Of a stretch of 64,000 nt of DNA, positions 40,873 through 50,585 are shown one piece after another; position 1 is the stretch's first letter; each line of letters opens with the position of its first letter. The notes below the pieces were generated by a model. It saw nothing but the letters and a program-made list of their open reading frames with translations, was not told where the DNA came from and did not search any database. The position numbers and the translations under genes were made by a program. Source of the DNA: Tagaea sp. (GTDB lineage Bacteria; Pseudomonadota; Alphaproteobacteria; CACIAM-22H2); assembly GCA_965279525.1 (NCBI GenBank), contig CBDIIB010000005.1, forward strand, positions 352,001 through 416,000. Reading direction: 5' to 3'.

Positions 40873-41819
40873 TTCGACCCCTTGATGCCGAGATTCGCCA
40901 ACGCACTGCGCACGTTGGCGACCGTCACGCTGGAAACGCGCACGTTGCCCTCGGCGGTCACGCCGGCGATGTGCGGCGTCAGCCACAGGCGCGGAGCACC
41001 TTCGAGCACCGAGCCCGCCTTCAGCGGCTCCTTGTCGAAGACGTCGATCGCGGCGCCGCCGAGCGTGCCGGCCTTCAGGGCGGCGGCCAGAGCGGCCTCG
41101 TCGATGATGCCGCCGCGCGACGTGTTGATCAGGATGGCGGACTTCTTCATCTTCGCGAGGCGCGCCGCGTCGATCAGGTTGCGCGTCTGCGGCGTCAAGG
41201 GCACATGCAGCGAGATCACGTCGGACGTGGCGCAAAGCTCCTCGACCGTGGCGATGCGTGTCACGCCGTACTGCTTCCACGCCGGATCGTCCGGCTTCAG
41301 CATCGGGTCGTAGGCCGCAAGATCCATTTCCAGCGCCTTCGCGCGCGTCGCGACCGCGCGCGCGATCCCGCCGAAGCCCACGAAGCCGAGGCGCTTGCCC
41401 ATCGCCTCGCCCAGCATCAGGTCGTTGCGCGGCCACTTGCCGGCGAGCACGTCGGCATTGGCCTTCCAAACGTCGCGAAGGCACACGAGCGTTGCCGCGA
41501 TCACGTATTCGGCGACCGAAACGGTGTTGGCCCCCGTCGCCGGGAAGACCTGGATGCCGCGCTTCGCGCATTCGTCCATGTCGATATTGTCGAGCCCGAC
41601 GCCCAGCCGGCCGATCACCTTCAGGTTCTTCATCGCGGCAAGCACGGGGCCGCGGACCTGCGTGAGGTTGCGCACGATGATCGCCGGGCTTTCCGCGGCA
41701 AGCTTCGCGAGTTCCTCGGGCTTCGACACGAGGGTGCGGTCGTAATGGACCTTGTAATCCTTCGCCAGATCGTCGACCGCCCACTGGTCGACGAATTCGC
41801 TCACGACGATGTCGTACAT
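40869..41819 (-). CDS. slcC: (S)-sulfolactate dehydrogenase-like D-2-hydroxyacid dehydrogenase
   Basis: N-terminus IVVSEF.D..AV..L...V.YD.TLV and IVRN.TQV...GRLGVGLDNID as in SlcC. Also G.GGIA, SLHVPLT and TPHIAG. Confidence 0.78.
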   Translation of the reverse strand: MYDIVVSEFVDQWAVDDLAKDYKVHYDRTLVSKPEELAKLAAESPAIIVRNLTQVRGPVLAAMKNLKVIGRLGVGLDNIDMDECAKRGIQVFPATGANTVSVAEYVIAATLVCLRDVWKANADVLAGKWPRNDLMLGEAMGKRLGFVGFGGIARAVATRAKALEMDLAAYDPMLKPDDPAWKQYGVTRIATVEELCATSDVISLHVPLTPQTRNLIDAARLAKMKKSAILINTSRGGIIDEAALAAALKAGTLGGAAIDVFDKEPLKAGSVLEGAPRLWLTPHIAGVTAEGNVRVSSVTVANVRSALANLGIKGSK

Positions 41820-41820
41820 T

Positions 41821-43434
41821 CTACATCTGCTCCATGTATTCGGCCGGATCGACGATTGCGTCGATGACCGTGAATTTGCGCGACGAAACGGCCGCCGCAA
41901 AGGCTTTTTCGAAGTCGGCCAGCGTTTCGACGCGCACGCCGACGGCCCCGCACGCCTGCCCGATCTGGTCGAAGCGCGGTCCCTTGAAGTCGACGGCACG
42001 CGGTGCCATCTGCATCTTGGCTTGCTTGAGCTTGATCAGCGACAGCGCCCCGTCATTGAGCACGACGACGACGATCGGCAGGCCCAGTTCGGCCGCCAGC
42101 GGCAGCTCGCCCGCCGTCATCAGCATGCAGCCGTCGCCGACCAGCGCCACGACGGGCGCATCCGGACAGGCAAGCTGCGCGCCGATGGCCGCCGGCACCG
42201 CATAGCCCATGCAGCACAGGCCGTTGGATTGCAGCAGCTGGCCGGACGACCGGCACTTGACCGAATGGTTGGCAAGGATGCGATGCGCGCCGACATCGAC
42301 CGTCAGTTTCCAGTCGGGTGCCACGCGGTCCGACACGGCCTTGAACAGGCCGGCGGGCGAAATGCCCTTGGCCGGAGCGCGCGGCCGCACGATGTGCGCG
42401 ACCGCATCGCGGCAGGCCTTGAGTGTCGCCGCGGGCCATGCACCCGCCCCTGGCTCGCCCGACGACGAAAGCTGGCCGAGCATCGCCGGCAGGTCGCCGT
42501 AGCATTCGGTGCCCAGCGGGAAAATGCGGTGGTTGAGCGGCCCCCAGTCGAGCGTGAGCACCGCGCGATCCTGCGGCCACGCATCAAGCCACGCATCGCG
42601 CAGCTCGATCGGATCGAAGCCGACGCACACGATCCGGTCCGCTTCGCGCACGATCTTCATGTTTTCGCCGTCCACGACCGGCGACAGGCCGACCGCGCCC
42701 AGGCACAGCGGATGGGCTTCGTCGATCACGCCCTTGGCCTTGTAGGTGGCGAAGAACGGCAGGCGCCAGGATTCGGCGAAACGGCGCAGCATGTCGGGCA
42801 CGCCTTCATGCACCGCCCCGCGCCCGACCAGCAGCAGCGGGCGCTTGGCGCGCGCGATCGCGAGGCGAGCCGCAACCGCCGCATCGCCGGCAAGTGCGGT
42901 GCGCGCGACCGCGACCGGGCGGGCATCGAAATTCTCGGTCGATTCCGCACGGCCCAGATCGGCCGGGATATTCAGCATCACCGGGCCGGCCGGATAGGCC
43001 ATCGCGATGTCGAGCGCGCGCGCCATCTGCTGGGCGGGGCGTGCCGCGTTGAGCGTGGCGGCATATTTGGTGACGGGTGTGGCCAGCGCCACATGGTCGA
43101 AGACCTGGTGGTTGTAGATCTGCGCGTTGGATGTGGCCATCTCGCCGGTCAGCACCGCAAGCGGCGAGCGCTCCATCAGTGCACCCGCGATGCCCGCCGT
43201 CGCGTTGGCGATGCCGGGGCCGAGTGCGGGGATCAGCACCTGCGGCCTGCCGGTGATCTGGCAAACCGCATCGGCCATGAACGCGGCAGCGGGTTCGGAT
43301 TTCGCCAGCACGAAGCGGATGCCGGCTTCCTCGCACGCGCGCACGGTTTCCAGCACGTCGTTGCCGGGGATGCCGAACGCGAACGTGGCCCCCCAGTTGC
43401 GCAAGGTGGCGGCAAGCTTGTCGGCGACTTTCAA
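41821..43434 (-). CDS. Thiamine-diphosphate enzyme (acetolactate-synthase-like fold), substrate unknown
   Basis: FGIPG, E..AAFMA, GPG..N and GDG.....(N)NDG motifs. TTG start with AGGAG RBS. Confidence 0.88.
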   Translation of the reverse strand: MKVADKLAATLRNWGATFAFGIPGNDVLETVRACEEAGIRFVLAKSEPAAAFMADAVCQITGRPQVLIPALGPGIANATAGIAGALMERSPLAVLTGEMATSNAQIYNHQVFDHVALATPVTKYAATLNAARPAQQMARALDIAMAYPAGPVMLNIPADLGRAESTENFDARPVAVARTALAGDAAVAARLAIARAKRPLLLVGRGAVHEGVPDMLRRFAESWRLPFFATYKAKGVIDEAHPLCLGAVGLSPVVDGENMKIVREADRIVCVGFDPIELRDAWLDAWPQDRAVLTLDWGPLNHRIFPLGTECYGDLPAMLGQLSSSGEPGAGAWPAATLKACRDAVAHIVRPRAPAKGISPAGLFKAVSDRVAPDWKLTVDVGAHRILANHSVKCRSSGQLLQSNGLCCMGYAVPAAIGAQLACPDAPVVALVGDGCMLMTAGELPLAAELGLPIVVVVLNDGALSLIKLKQAKMQMAPRAVDFKGPRFDQIGQACGAVGVRVETLADFEKAFAAAVSSRKFTVIDAIVDPAEYMEQM

Positions 43435-43444
43435 GGCAAGGCTC

Positions 43445-45166
43445 CTATTCGGCGGCCCGGTCGAGAAGGCTCTCGCCCGGCCGCACGCGGGTGAAGGCGA
43501 CGGGTTCCATCGCCACGTCGAGCGTGTCGGCGCGTGTCCGCACCAGCGTATAGCGCGACGTCGGCAGGTCACCGGCTTCCGGGTGGTCGGCGCGGAAATG
43601 GGCGCCGCGGCTGTCGGTGCGCGCGACGGCCGCCGCCCGGATCGATTTCGACACGGCGACGAGGTTCTTGAGGTTCAGCCAGTCATGCCAGGTGAGATTG
43701 AAGGCGCGCGTCGTCTCGGCCACGCCGGCCTCGTCGAGAGCGGCATCGAGATCGTCGAGCACGCCGCCGGCACGCGCGAGGCTGGCTGCATCGCGCACGA
43801 TGCCGACATCTTCCCACATCGTGTCGGCAAGCTTCTCGCGGATCGGCTCGAGGTCGCGCGGCTTGCGCGCGAACGGGGCAAGTGCGCGCGCGGTCGCGGC
43901 CGCGATGGCCGTTTCGTCGGGTGCACGCAGTTCGCCGCGCGCGGCCACCCAGCGCGCCATGCTGTCGCCGGCCAGCCCGCCGAACACGGTCGAGTTCGCC
44001 ACGCCGTTGCCGCCCAGCCGGTTGGCGCCATGCACGCCGCCGGTATCCTCGCCGGCCGCGAACAACCCGGTAAGATCCGTCGTGCAGTCGCCGCGGAACG
44101 GCACGCCGCCCATCATGTAGTGGGCCGTCGGCACCACTTCGACGCGCCCGCCGGCAAGATCGAAGCCGCAATCGGCGCAGCGTTCGACCATGCCTTTGAA
44201 GCTCTTGCGCACCATGTCAGGTCCCAGATGGTGCATCTGCAGATAGACGCCGCCAAGTGCGGTGCCGCGGCCCTTGCGCACGATGTCGAACACCGCGCGG
44301 CTGACGACGTCGCGCGTCGCGCGTTCGCCCTGCGCGTCGTACTCCGCCATGAAACGCGTGCCGTCCTTGTCGAGCAGCCAGCCGCCCGCCCCGCGCAGGC
44401 CCTCTTCCAGCACCGTGCCGGTCATGCGCGTGTCAGGTCCGGCGAGCAGGCCGGTGGGGTGGAACTGAACCATCTCCATGTCGCGCAAGGGCAGGCCGGC
44501 GCGCAGCGCCATCGCCATGCCGTCGCACGCCTTGTCGCCCGACGGCGTGTGGTAGCGGTACATGGTCGGTCCGCCGCCGGTTGCCAGCAAGACGGCCTTG
44601 GCGCGCACGAACACGAATTCGCCGTCGCGCATGTCGATCATCAGCACGCCGGCGAGCGCCGAGCCGTCGGCCGTGCGCACGAGCTCGATCGCGCGATGCT
44701 CTTCCAGCCGGTCGATGCCGCGCGCCCAGACCTGCTCGGCAAGGCGGTTGACGATCTCGATGCCGGTGAGGTCGCCCTTGTGGACGGTGCGGTCGAAGGT
44801 CTGCCCGGCGAACGCCTTCTGGTGGACCGTGCCGTCCGGGTTGCGGTCGAAGAAGCAGCCCAGCTCGTTCTCCAGCTCGCGGATGCGCACCTGCGCGACC
44901 GTGACGAGCGTCCAGGCGAGATCCTGGTCGTTGAGCCACTTGCCGCCCTCGATCGTGTCCATGAAATGGCGTTCGGCGCTGTCGCCTTGGGCGAGCGCCA
45001 CGTTGTAGCCGCCCTGCACCATGCGCGTGCAGCCGCACTTGCCGAGCAGGCCCTTGACCGCGATGGTGATCTTGAGCGCCGGGTCCGCCTTGTGCGCATG
45101 CAGCGCCGCGAACAGGCCCGCCCCGCCTGCACCCAATATCAGAATGTCGGTATCGACCCGCCTCAT
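43445..45166 (-). CDS. SdhA/FrdA/NadB-family flavoprotein paralogue
   Basis: GAGGAG, QGG, LATGG, QFHPT, RDVVSR, HYMMGG and HGANRLGGN. ATGA overlap. Confidence 0.9.
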   Translation of the reverse strand: MRRVDTDILILGAGGAGLFAALHAHKADPALKITIAVKGLLGKCGCTRMVQGGYNVALAQGDSAERHFMDTIEGGKWLNDQDLAWTLVTVAQVRIRELENELGCFFDRNPDGTVHQKAFAGQTFDRTVHKGDLTGIEIVNRLAEQVWARGIDRLEEHRAIELVRTADGSALAGVLMIDMRDGEFVFVRAKAVLLATGGGPTMYRYHTPSGDKACDGMAMALRAGLPLRDMEMVQFHPTGLLAGPDTRMTGTVLEEGLRGAGGWLLDKDGTRFMAEYDAQGERATRDVVSRAVFDIVRKGRGTALGGVYLQMHHLGPDMVRKSFKGMVERCADCGFDLAGGRVEVVPTAHYMMGGVPFRGDCTTDLTGLFAAGEDTGGVHGANRLGGNGVANSTVFGGLAGDSMARWVAARGELRAPDETAIAAATARALAPFARKPRDLEPIREKLADTMWEDVGIVRDAASLARAGGVLDDLDAALDEAGVAETTRAFNLTWHDWLNLKNLVAVSKSIRAAAVARTDSRGAHFRADHPEAGDLPTSRYTLVRTRADTLDVAMEPVAFTRVRPGESLLDRAAE

Positions 45167-45774
45167 GCCTTCACGCCGACGGCGGCGAGGGCTGCCGCAC
45201 GCCGGTCCTGCGCCGTGGCGCGGACCTTGTCGTAGATCGAGCCGCCATGGCTGTCCATCGCCACCAGCAGAGGCCCGAAGCCCTTCACCTGGAAATGCCA
45301 CAGGCTTTCGGGATTGAGATCGTCGAGATCGACGTCGACGATGCGCTCGATCCATGTCGTCTCGAGGGCTGCCGTGCCGCCGATGATCGCCAGATACGCC
45401 CCGCCCAGCTCCGTGAACGCCGCTTGCGAGGCCTCGCGCAGGCCGCCCTTGCCGATAATCAGGCGCACGCCGTACTGCGCCATCAGCGGCTTCGAGAAGC
45501 GCTCCATGCGGTCGGACGTCGTCGTGCCCACGCAGACCGGCTGGTAGCCGACCGGGCACTCGTTCGACAGCGGCACCTTGCGCACGTTGGGGGCCGTGTG
45601 GATCACGGCATGGCCCTTCATGTCGAAGCGCGTCGTGCGGCCGCGGTCGAACATGTGGATCTGGGTGGCGTCGCGGATGCCGAACAGCGAGCCGGTCAGC
45701 GTGACGGTATCGCCGGTCCGCAGGCTTCGCACCTGCGCCTCGTCCACCGGCATGCGGAATTCGTGGTGGGCCAT
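45163..45774 (-). CDS. Class I fumarate hydratase/tartrate dehydratase beta subunit paralogue
   Basis: GD.V.L.G....RDA, GTTTS.RM, IGKGG and FGPL.V.MD.HG. Confidence 0.9.
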   Translation of the reverse strand: MAHHEFRMPVDEAQVRSLRTGDTVTLTGSLFGIRDATQIHMFDRGRTTRFDMKGHAVIHTAPNVRKVPLSNECPVGYQPVCVGTTTSDRMERFSKPLMAQYGVRLIIGKGGLREASQAAFTELGGAYLAIIGGTAALETTWIERIVDVDLDDLNPESLWHFQVKGFGPLLVAMDSHGGSIYDKVRATAQDRRAAALAAVGVKA

Positions 45775-45778
45775 GGCG

Positions 45779-46666
45779 TCAGAACCCGATCTCGACGCCG
45801 GTCGGCGTGAAGGTGGCGCTCGCGCGCCTTGCCGAGTGGCACTGGATGTTGACGGCCACCGGATTCATCGTGATGTGCGTGGCCGCCGTCTCGACATGCA
45901 CCGCGAAGGCCGTGCCATCGCCACCAAGCCCCTGCGGGCCGATACCCAGCGAGTTGACCGCCCCCGACAGCAGCCTTTCGAGCTTGGCACCTTCTTCATC
46001 GTCGCACACGCTGCCGAGTGCGCGCGTCGCCGCGACCTTGGCGAGATGCATGCACAGGTCGGAGGTGCCACCGATCCCCACGCCCACGATGGTCGGCGGG
46101 CAGACCTTGCCGCCGGCTTCCATCACGCGATCGATGACGAAGGTCTTGATGCCGTCGATCCCGTCGGCCGGGATCAGCATCTTCAGGAACGAGCCGTTCT
46201 CCGACCCCGATCCCTTCGGGATCATCTCGATGCGCAAGGTGCGCGGGGCGTCGATGAAATCGATGTTGATGACCGGCACGCGGATGCCCGATGAGGTGTG
46301 CTCGTTCTTGCGCGTGATCGGATGCACGACCGACGAGCGCAGCGGGTATTCCTTCGTCGCGCGCGCCGTGCCGCGCCGGATCGCTTCCTTCAGCGCGATG
46401 CCGTCCACGTCCACGTCGCGGCCGATCTCGATGTTGAAGATCGGGATGCCGGTGTCCTGGCACAAGAGGTTGTCGGTCTTTTCGGCCACCGCGATGTTCT
46501 CGATCATCGTGGCGAGGATCGTGCGGGCCGTGCCGTCGGTCTCGGCGGCGTCCAGCCGCGTGAAGCCGCGCTTGATGTCGTCGGGCAGCAGCTTCAGCGC
46601 ACGTATATAGAGGAGCTTCGCCGCCTCCTCGACCGCCGCGATGTCGATATGGAGCTTTGCGCTCAC
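45779..46666 (-). CDS. Class I fumarate hydratase/tartrate dehydratase alpha subunit paralogue (Fe-S)
   Basis: CQDTG, PKGSGSEN, CPP.IVGVGIGG, GIGPQGLGG and QCHSARR. GTGA overlap. Confidence 0.9.
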   Translation of the reverse strand: MSAKLHIDIAAVEEAAKLLYIRALKLLPDDIKRGFTRLDAAETDGTARTILATMIENIAVAEKTDNLLCQDTGIPIFNIEIGRDVDVDGIALKEAIRRGTARATKEYPLRSSVVHPITRKNEHTSSGIRVPVINIDFIDAPRTLRIEMIPKGSGSENGSFLKMLIPADGIDGIKTFVIDRVMEAGGKVCPPTIVGVGIGGTSDLCMHLAKVAATRALGSVCDDEEGAKLERLLSGAVNSLGIGPQGLGGDGTAFAVHVETAATHITMNPVAVNIQCHSARRASATFTPTGVEIGF

Positions 46667-47781
46667 GACGCCTCCGCGTATCGCTTCAGGAGATCGGGGT
46701 CGGGATCGTAGCCGAGGCCGGGCCGGTCGGGCAGGTGCAGGCGCCCGGCGCGGATGTGCGGGAAATCGTCGAACACCGAATCGCGCAGCGGATTGTCCTG
46801 TGCGTCGACCTCCAGCCGCCCGTCGCCGCCGACTGCCGCCAGCAGGTGCGCGCTTGCCAGCAGGCCCACACCGCCGCCCAGATAATGCGGGCAGAACATG
46901 AAGCCGGCCTCGCGCACGGCACGCCCCAGCGGCACGCAAGCCGAGAAGCCGCCCCACTTGGCGATGTCGGGCTGCAACACGCCGAACGCGTTGGACGCGA
47001 TGGCTTCGCGGAACTGCGCGGCCCCACGCATGTTCTCGCCGCCCGCGATGGGAGCGGCACTGAGGCCCGCGACAAGCTGCCATTCGCCTTCGGGGGCATC
47101 GACCGCCAGCGGCTCCTCGATCCAGCCGAGATTGAAGGGTGCGAACTCGCGCACGCGGCGTGCGGCGGTCTCGGCGTCCCACGCCTGGTTGGCGTCGACC
47201 ACGATGAACGCCTTGGGCCCGAGGGCGGCACGAAGGCCCGCGATGTTCTTCAAGTCCGCCTCGGGTGCGAAGCCGACCTTGAGCTTGAAGCCGTCGTAGC
47301 TCTGCGCGAGGCGCACCAGCGCCTGCTCGACCGCACCGTCCGGACCGAGGCCGGAGGCATAGACCGCGACGTCGCTGCGCGCCCCGCCCAGATGCTTCCA
47401 CAGCGGCAGGCCGGCGCGGCGCGCGCTCAGGTCCCACAGCGCCTGGTCGATGCCGGCCAGCACCTGCGCGAAGGTGCCGGGCTCGCCGCACTGGAGCGAC
47501 AGGATGCGCGTCTTGCCTTCGAGGATATCGAAGGCCGCGCGCGGGTCCTCGAACGTCGCACCTTTGAGCAGCGGCGCGAAGATATCGTCGAACAGCCGGC
47601 GGCGGGCGGCACCGGCCCCGGGCGGGAAGTTGCACCAGATCTCGCCCCAACCGACGGCGCCGTCGGAATCCTCTAGACGAACGAGCAGCATCGTGCGCGC
47701 GCGCATGGCGCCGAACGCGGTGCGGATCGGCGTTGCGAGCGGATAGAGATGTAGCAGTGCCTGTGCGCGCGCGATTTTCAT
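46663..47781 (-). CDS. Mandelate racemase/muconate lactonising enzyme family protein
   Basis: GWGE, KLKVG, VDANQ, WIEEP, GGEN, QPD and CPH. ATG at 47781. Confidence 0.9.
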   Translation of the reverse strand: MKIARAQALLHLYPLATPIRTAFGAMRARTMLLVRLEDSDGAVGWGEIWCNFPPGAGAARRRLFDDIFAPLLKGATFEDPRAAFDILEGKTRILSLQCGEPGTFAQVLAGIDQALWDLSARRAGLPLWKHLGGARSDVAVYASGLGPDGAVEQALVRLAQSYDGFKLKVGFAPEADLKNIAGLRAALGPKAFIVVDANQAWDAETAARRVREFAPFNLGWIEEPLAVDAPEGEWQLVAGLSAAPIAGGENMRGAAQFREAIASNAFGVLQPDIAKWGGFSACVPLGRAVREAGFMFCPHYLGGGVGLLASAHLLAAVGGDGRLEVDAQDNPLRDSVFDDFPHIRAGRLHLPDRPGLGYDPDPDLLKRYAEAS

Positions 47782-47783
47782 GG

Positions 47784-48668
47784 CTAGCGCTGCATGCCCC
47801 AGCGGCGGACCGTGCGCGCCTCGACGGCGCGGAAGATCACGCCCTCGACGAACAGGCCGATGACGATGACGGTCAGCAATCCGGCAAACACGTTTGCGGT
47901 CTCCAGCAGGTTGCGGTTCTCGAAGATGTACCAGCCCAGCCCGCCCGAACGTGCCGAGACGCCGAACACCAGCTCGGCCGCGATCAGCGTTCGCCAGGCG
48001 AACGCCCAGCCGATCTTGAGGCCGGCCAGGATCGACGGGAACGCCGCCGGGATCAGGATCTTCATCACGAAGCGCACGCCGCGCAGCCCGTAGTTGGTGC
48101 CCGCCATGCGCAGCGTCTCGGAGACCGACTTGAAACCGGTATGCGTGTTGAGCGCCACCGCCCACAGGACCGAATGCACGATGACGAACACCAGCGACGG
48201 GATGCCGAGGCCGAACCACAGCAGGGCGAGCGGCAGCAACGCGATCGCCGGCAGCGGATTGAACATCGCGGTCAGCGTGGAAAGCAGGTCGTTGCCGAAG
48301 CGCGTGGAAACGGCAAGCGTCGTGAACACGGCCGCCAGTGCGAGCCCCGAGCCGTAGCCCACGAACAGCACCTGCAGTGTCGTGGCCATGCGCCCGAGCA
48401 GCGGGCCGGTTACGAACGCGTCGTAGAAGGCCTGCGCCACCTCGTGGAAGGGCGGGAACATCAGCGGATTGCCGAGCCAGCGCCCGTAGAGCTCCCAGGC
48501 ACCCGCCAGCGCCAGGACGATGACGAGACGCCGGATCCAGGTCTGGTTCCAGATGCGCTCGAAGGCGGAAAGCGGCCGCTCGACCTCGCCGAACTGGGCA
48601 GCCCCCACTTCGCGGACCTCGAATTCGGCGCGGACCGGCGGCGTGATGCGTGCGGCGGCGTCAACCAT
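47784..48668 (-). CDS. ABC permease (TauC/SsuC/NitT family)
   Basis: PLPAIALLPL..LWFG and AWRTLIAAEL. Confidence 0.92.
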   Translation of the reverse strand: MVDAAARITPPVRAEFEVREVGAAQFGEVERPLSAFERIWNQTWIRRLVIVLALAGAWELYGRWLGNPLMFPPFHEVAQAFYDAFVTGPLLGRMATTLQVLFVGYGSGLALAAVFTTLAVSTRFGNDLLSTLTAMFNPLPAIALLPLALLWFGLGIPSLVFVIVHSVLWAVALNTHTGFKSVSETLRMAGTNYGLRGVRFVMKILIPAAFPSILAGLKIGWAFAWRTLIAAELVFGVSARSGGLGWYIFENRNLLETANVFAGLLTVIVIGLFVEGVIFRAVEARTVRRWGMQR

Positions 48669-49470
48669 GGGCGTCCGCCTTCTCCTGCTCGATGCGTTCG
48701 GCGAACAGCATGTCGTGGATGCGCCGCTGCAGGGCCTGGAACTCGACCCCGCCCTGTGCCGTGTGGTCGAACTGGTGGCAGTTGAGCTCGGCCTTCACGC
48801 GGCCGGGATGCGGCGACAGCACGAGGATGCGGCTGCCCACAACGATGGCTTCCTCGATCGAGTGCGTGACGAACAGCACGGTGAAGCGCACGTCGTCCCA
48901 CAGCTCGAGGAGTTCTTCCTGCATCTTGCGCCGCGTCAGCGCATCGAGGGCCGCGTAGGGTTCGTCCATCAGCAGGATGTCGGGTTCCATCGCCATCGCG
49001 CGCGCGATGGCCACGCGCTGCTTCATGCCGCCCGACAGCATGTGCGGGTAGACGTCGATGAACTTGGTCAGGTTCACCTTCTCGATGAAGTGGCGCGCAC
49101 GCGCCGCCGCCTCGGTCTTGTTCCACTTGCCCGCGCACAGCATCGGGAACATGACGTTCTCGAGCACGGTCTTCCACGGCAGCAGCTGGTCGAATTCCTG
49201 GAAGACCATCATGCGGTCAGGACCCGGCCGGTCGATCGTGCGCCCGTTGAGCGCCATGGTGCCTTCGACCGGCGTCATGAAGCCGGCCACGCCCTTCAGC
49301 AGCGTCGACTTCCCGCAGCCCGATGGCCCCAGCAGCACGAACCGGTCGCCGCGCTGCACCTCGAAACTGACGCGGTACGTCGCGGTGACCAGATGTTCGG
49401 CCGTCTTGTACTGGAGCGTCACCCCGTCGACCTTCAGGATCGGCGGGGTGACGCCGGAGGCGTCTGCCAT
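48661..49470 (-). CDS. ABC ATPase (TauB/SsuB family)
   Basis: GPSGCGKST, LLPW.TV.ENV, LSGGMKQR and FVTHSIEEA. Confidence 0.93.
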   Translation of the reverse strand: MADASGVTPPILKVDGVTLQYKTAEHLVTATYRVSFEVQRGDRFVLLGPSGCGKSTLLKGVAGFMTPVEGTMALNGRTIDRPGPDRMMVFQEFDQLLPWKTVLENVMFPMLCAGKWNKTEAAARARHFIEKVNLTKFIDVYPHMLSGGMKQRVAIARAMAMEPDILLMDEPYAALDALTRRKMQEELLELWDDVRFTVLFVTHSIEEAIVVGSRILVLSPHPGRVKAELNCHQFDHTAQGGVEFQALQRRIHDMLFAERIEQEKADAHG

Positions 49471-49486
49471 CGTCAAGCCGCTCCGC

Positions 49487-50506
49487 CTAGGATCCCTGCA
49501 CGCCGTGCAGGCCGGGGAAGAACATCTCCTTCCAGTCGGCCGGCTTTTCCTTGACCGTGCCGGTGCGCTGCATGAACTCGGCGTACTTCATCGTGTTCTT
49601 CGGCACGACGGTGAACTCGTGCTGCGGATCGTTGAGGAGCGACATCACGAATTCCTTCGGCGGCGCTCCCTTCTCGACGCGCATGTAGATGTCGGCCGCG
49701 CGGTTCTTGTCGTTCGTGATGATGGCCTGCGCCTCGACGAGCGCATCCTGGAACGCCTTGTAGACGCGCGGGTTCTGCGTGCGGACCTTGTCGGTCGTCC
49801 AGACGAAGTTGAACGAGCACGGGCCGCCCAGCACCTCGTAGTTCGACAGCACGCGCTTCACCTTGGCGTCCTGGAGCTGCAGGTTCTGGAAGGGCGGCGA
49901 GCCGAAATGCGCCGTGATCTCGCTCTTGCCCGACATCATCGCGTTCATCGCGTCGGGGTGCGACATCGAGACGGTGATGTTGTCGAGCCTGTCGTGCTTG
50001 CCGGCACCGAAGGCCTTCTCGCAGGCCATCTGGAGCGTGATGGCCTGGATGGAGACGCGCACGGCCGGCAGGCCGATGCGGTCCTTGTCGGTGAAGTCGG
50101 CGATGGTCTTGACGGCGGGATTGACGGTGTTGAGGTAGAGCGGAAGCGAATTGAGCGAGGCCACGCCCTTGACGTTGAGCGAGCCCTTGGTGCGCGCCCA
50201 CAGCACGATCATCGGCCCCACGCCGCCACCGGCGAATTCGAGATTGCCCGAGATCAGCGCGTCGTTGATGGGGGCACCGCCCGCGAACTGGAGCCAGTTC
50301 GTCTTGACGTTGGGAAGGCCCGCGGCAGCCGCGTGCTTCTCGATCAGCTTCAGGTCTTCCATGATCATCAGCGGCAGGTAGGAGATGCCGAACTGCTTGG
50401 CGATGCGCACTTCGCCGATCTCCTGCGCGTGCGCGATCCCGGGGGCGGCGAGCACGGCGGCGGCGCCGGCGACGAAGGCGCGGCGGGTCGGACGGATATC
50501 GGACAT
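49487..50506 (-). CDS. ABC substrate-binding protein (TauA/SsuA/NitT family), Tat signal
   Basis: TRRAF signal, QFGISYLP, LPAV.VSIQA and HF.SPPFQ. Confidence 0.88.
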   Translation of the reverse strand: MSDIRPTRRAFVAGAAAVLAAPGIAHAQEIGEVRIAKQFGISYLPLMIMEDLKLIEKHAAAAGLPNVKTNWLQFAGGAPINDALISGNLEFAGGGVGPMIVLWARTKGSLNVKGVASLNSLPLYLNTVNPAVKTIADFTDKDRIGLPAVRVSIQAITLQMACEKAFGAGKHDRLDNITVSMSHPDAMNAMMSGKSEITAHFGSPPFQNLQLQDAKVKRVLSNYEVLGGPCSFNFVWTTDKVRTQNPRVYKAFQDALVEAQAIITNDKNRAADIYMRVEKGAPPKEFVMSLLNDPQHEFTVVPKNTMKYAEFMQRTGTVKEKPADWKEMFFPGLHGVQGS

Positions 50507-50585
50507 TCGGGTTTCCTCCCATTCTGTTGCGGCGGCGAAGTTCGCGGACGGTTCTGCCCTTGTCGAACAAGATTTTCTAACACGG

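Noticed and set aside
41821-43434. Xsc (sulfoacetaldehyde acetyltransferase) or ilvB call
   Set aside because: It lacks the Xsc N-terminal signature, and no pta or ilvH/ilvN partner gene is adjacent.
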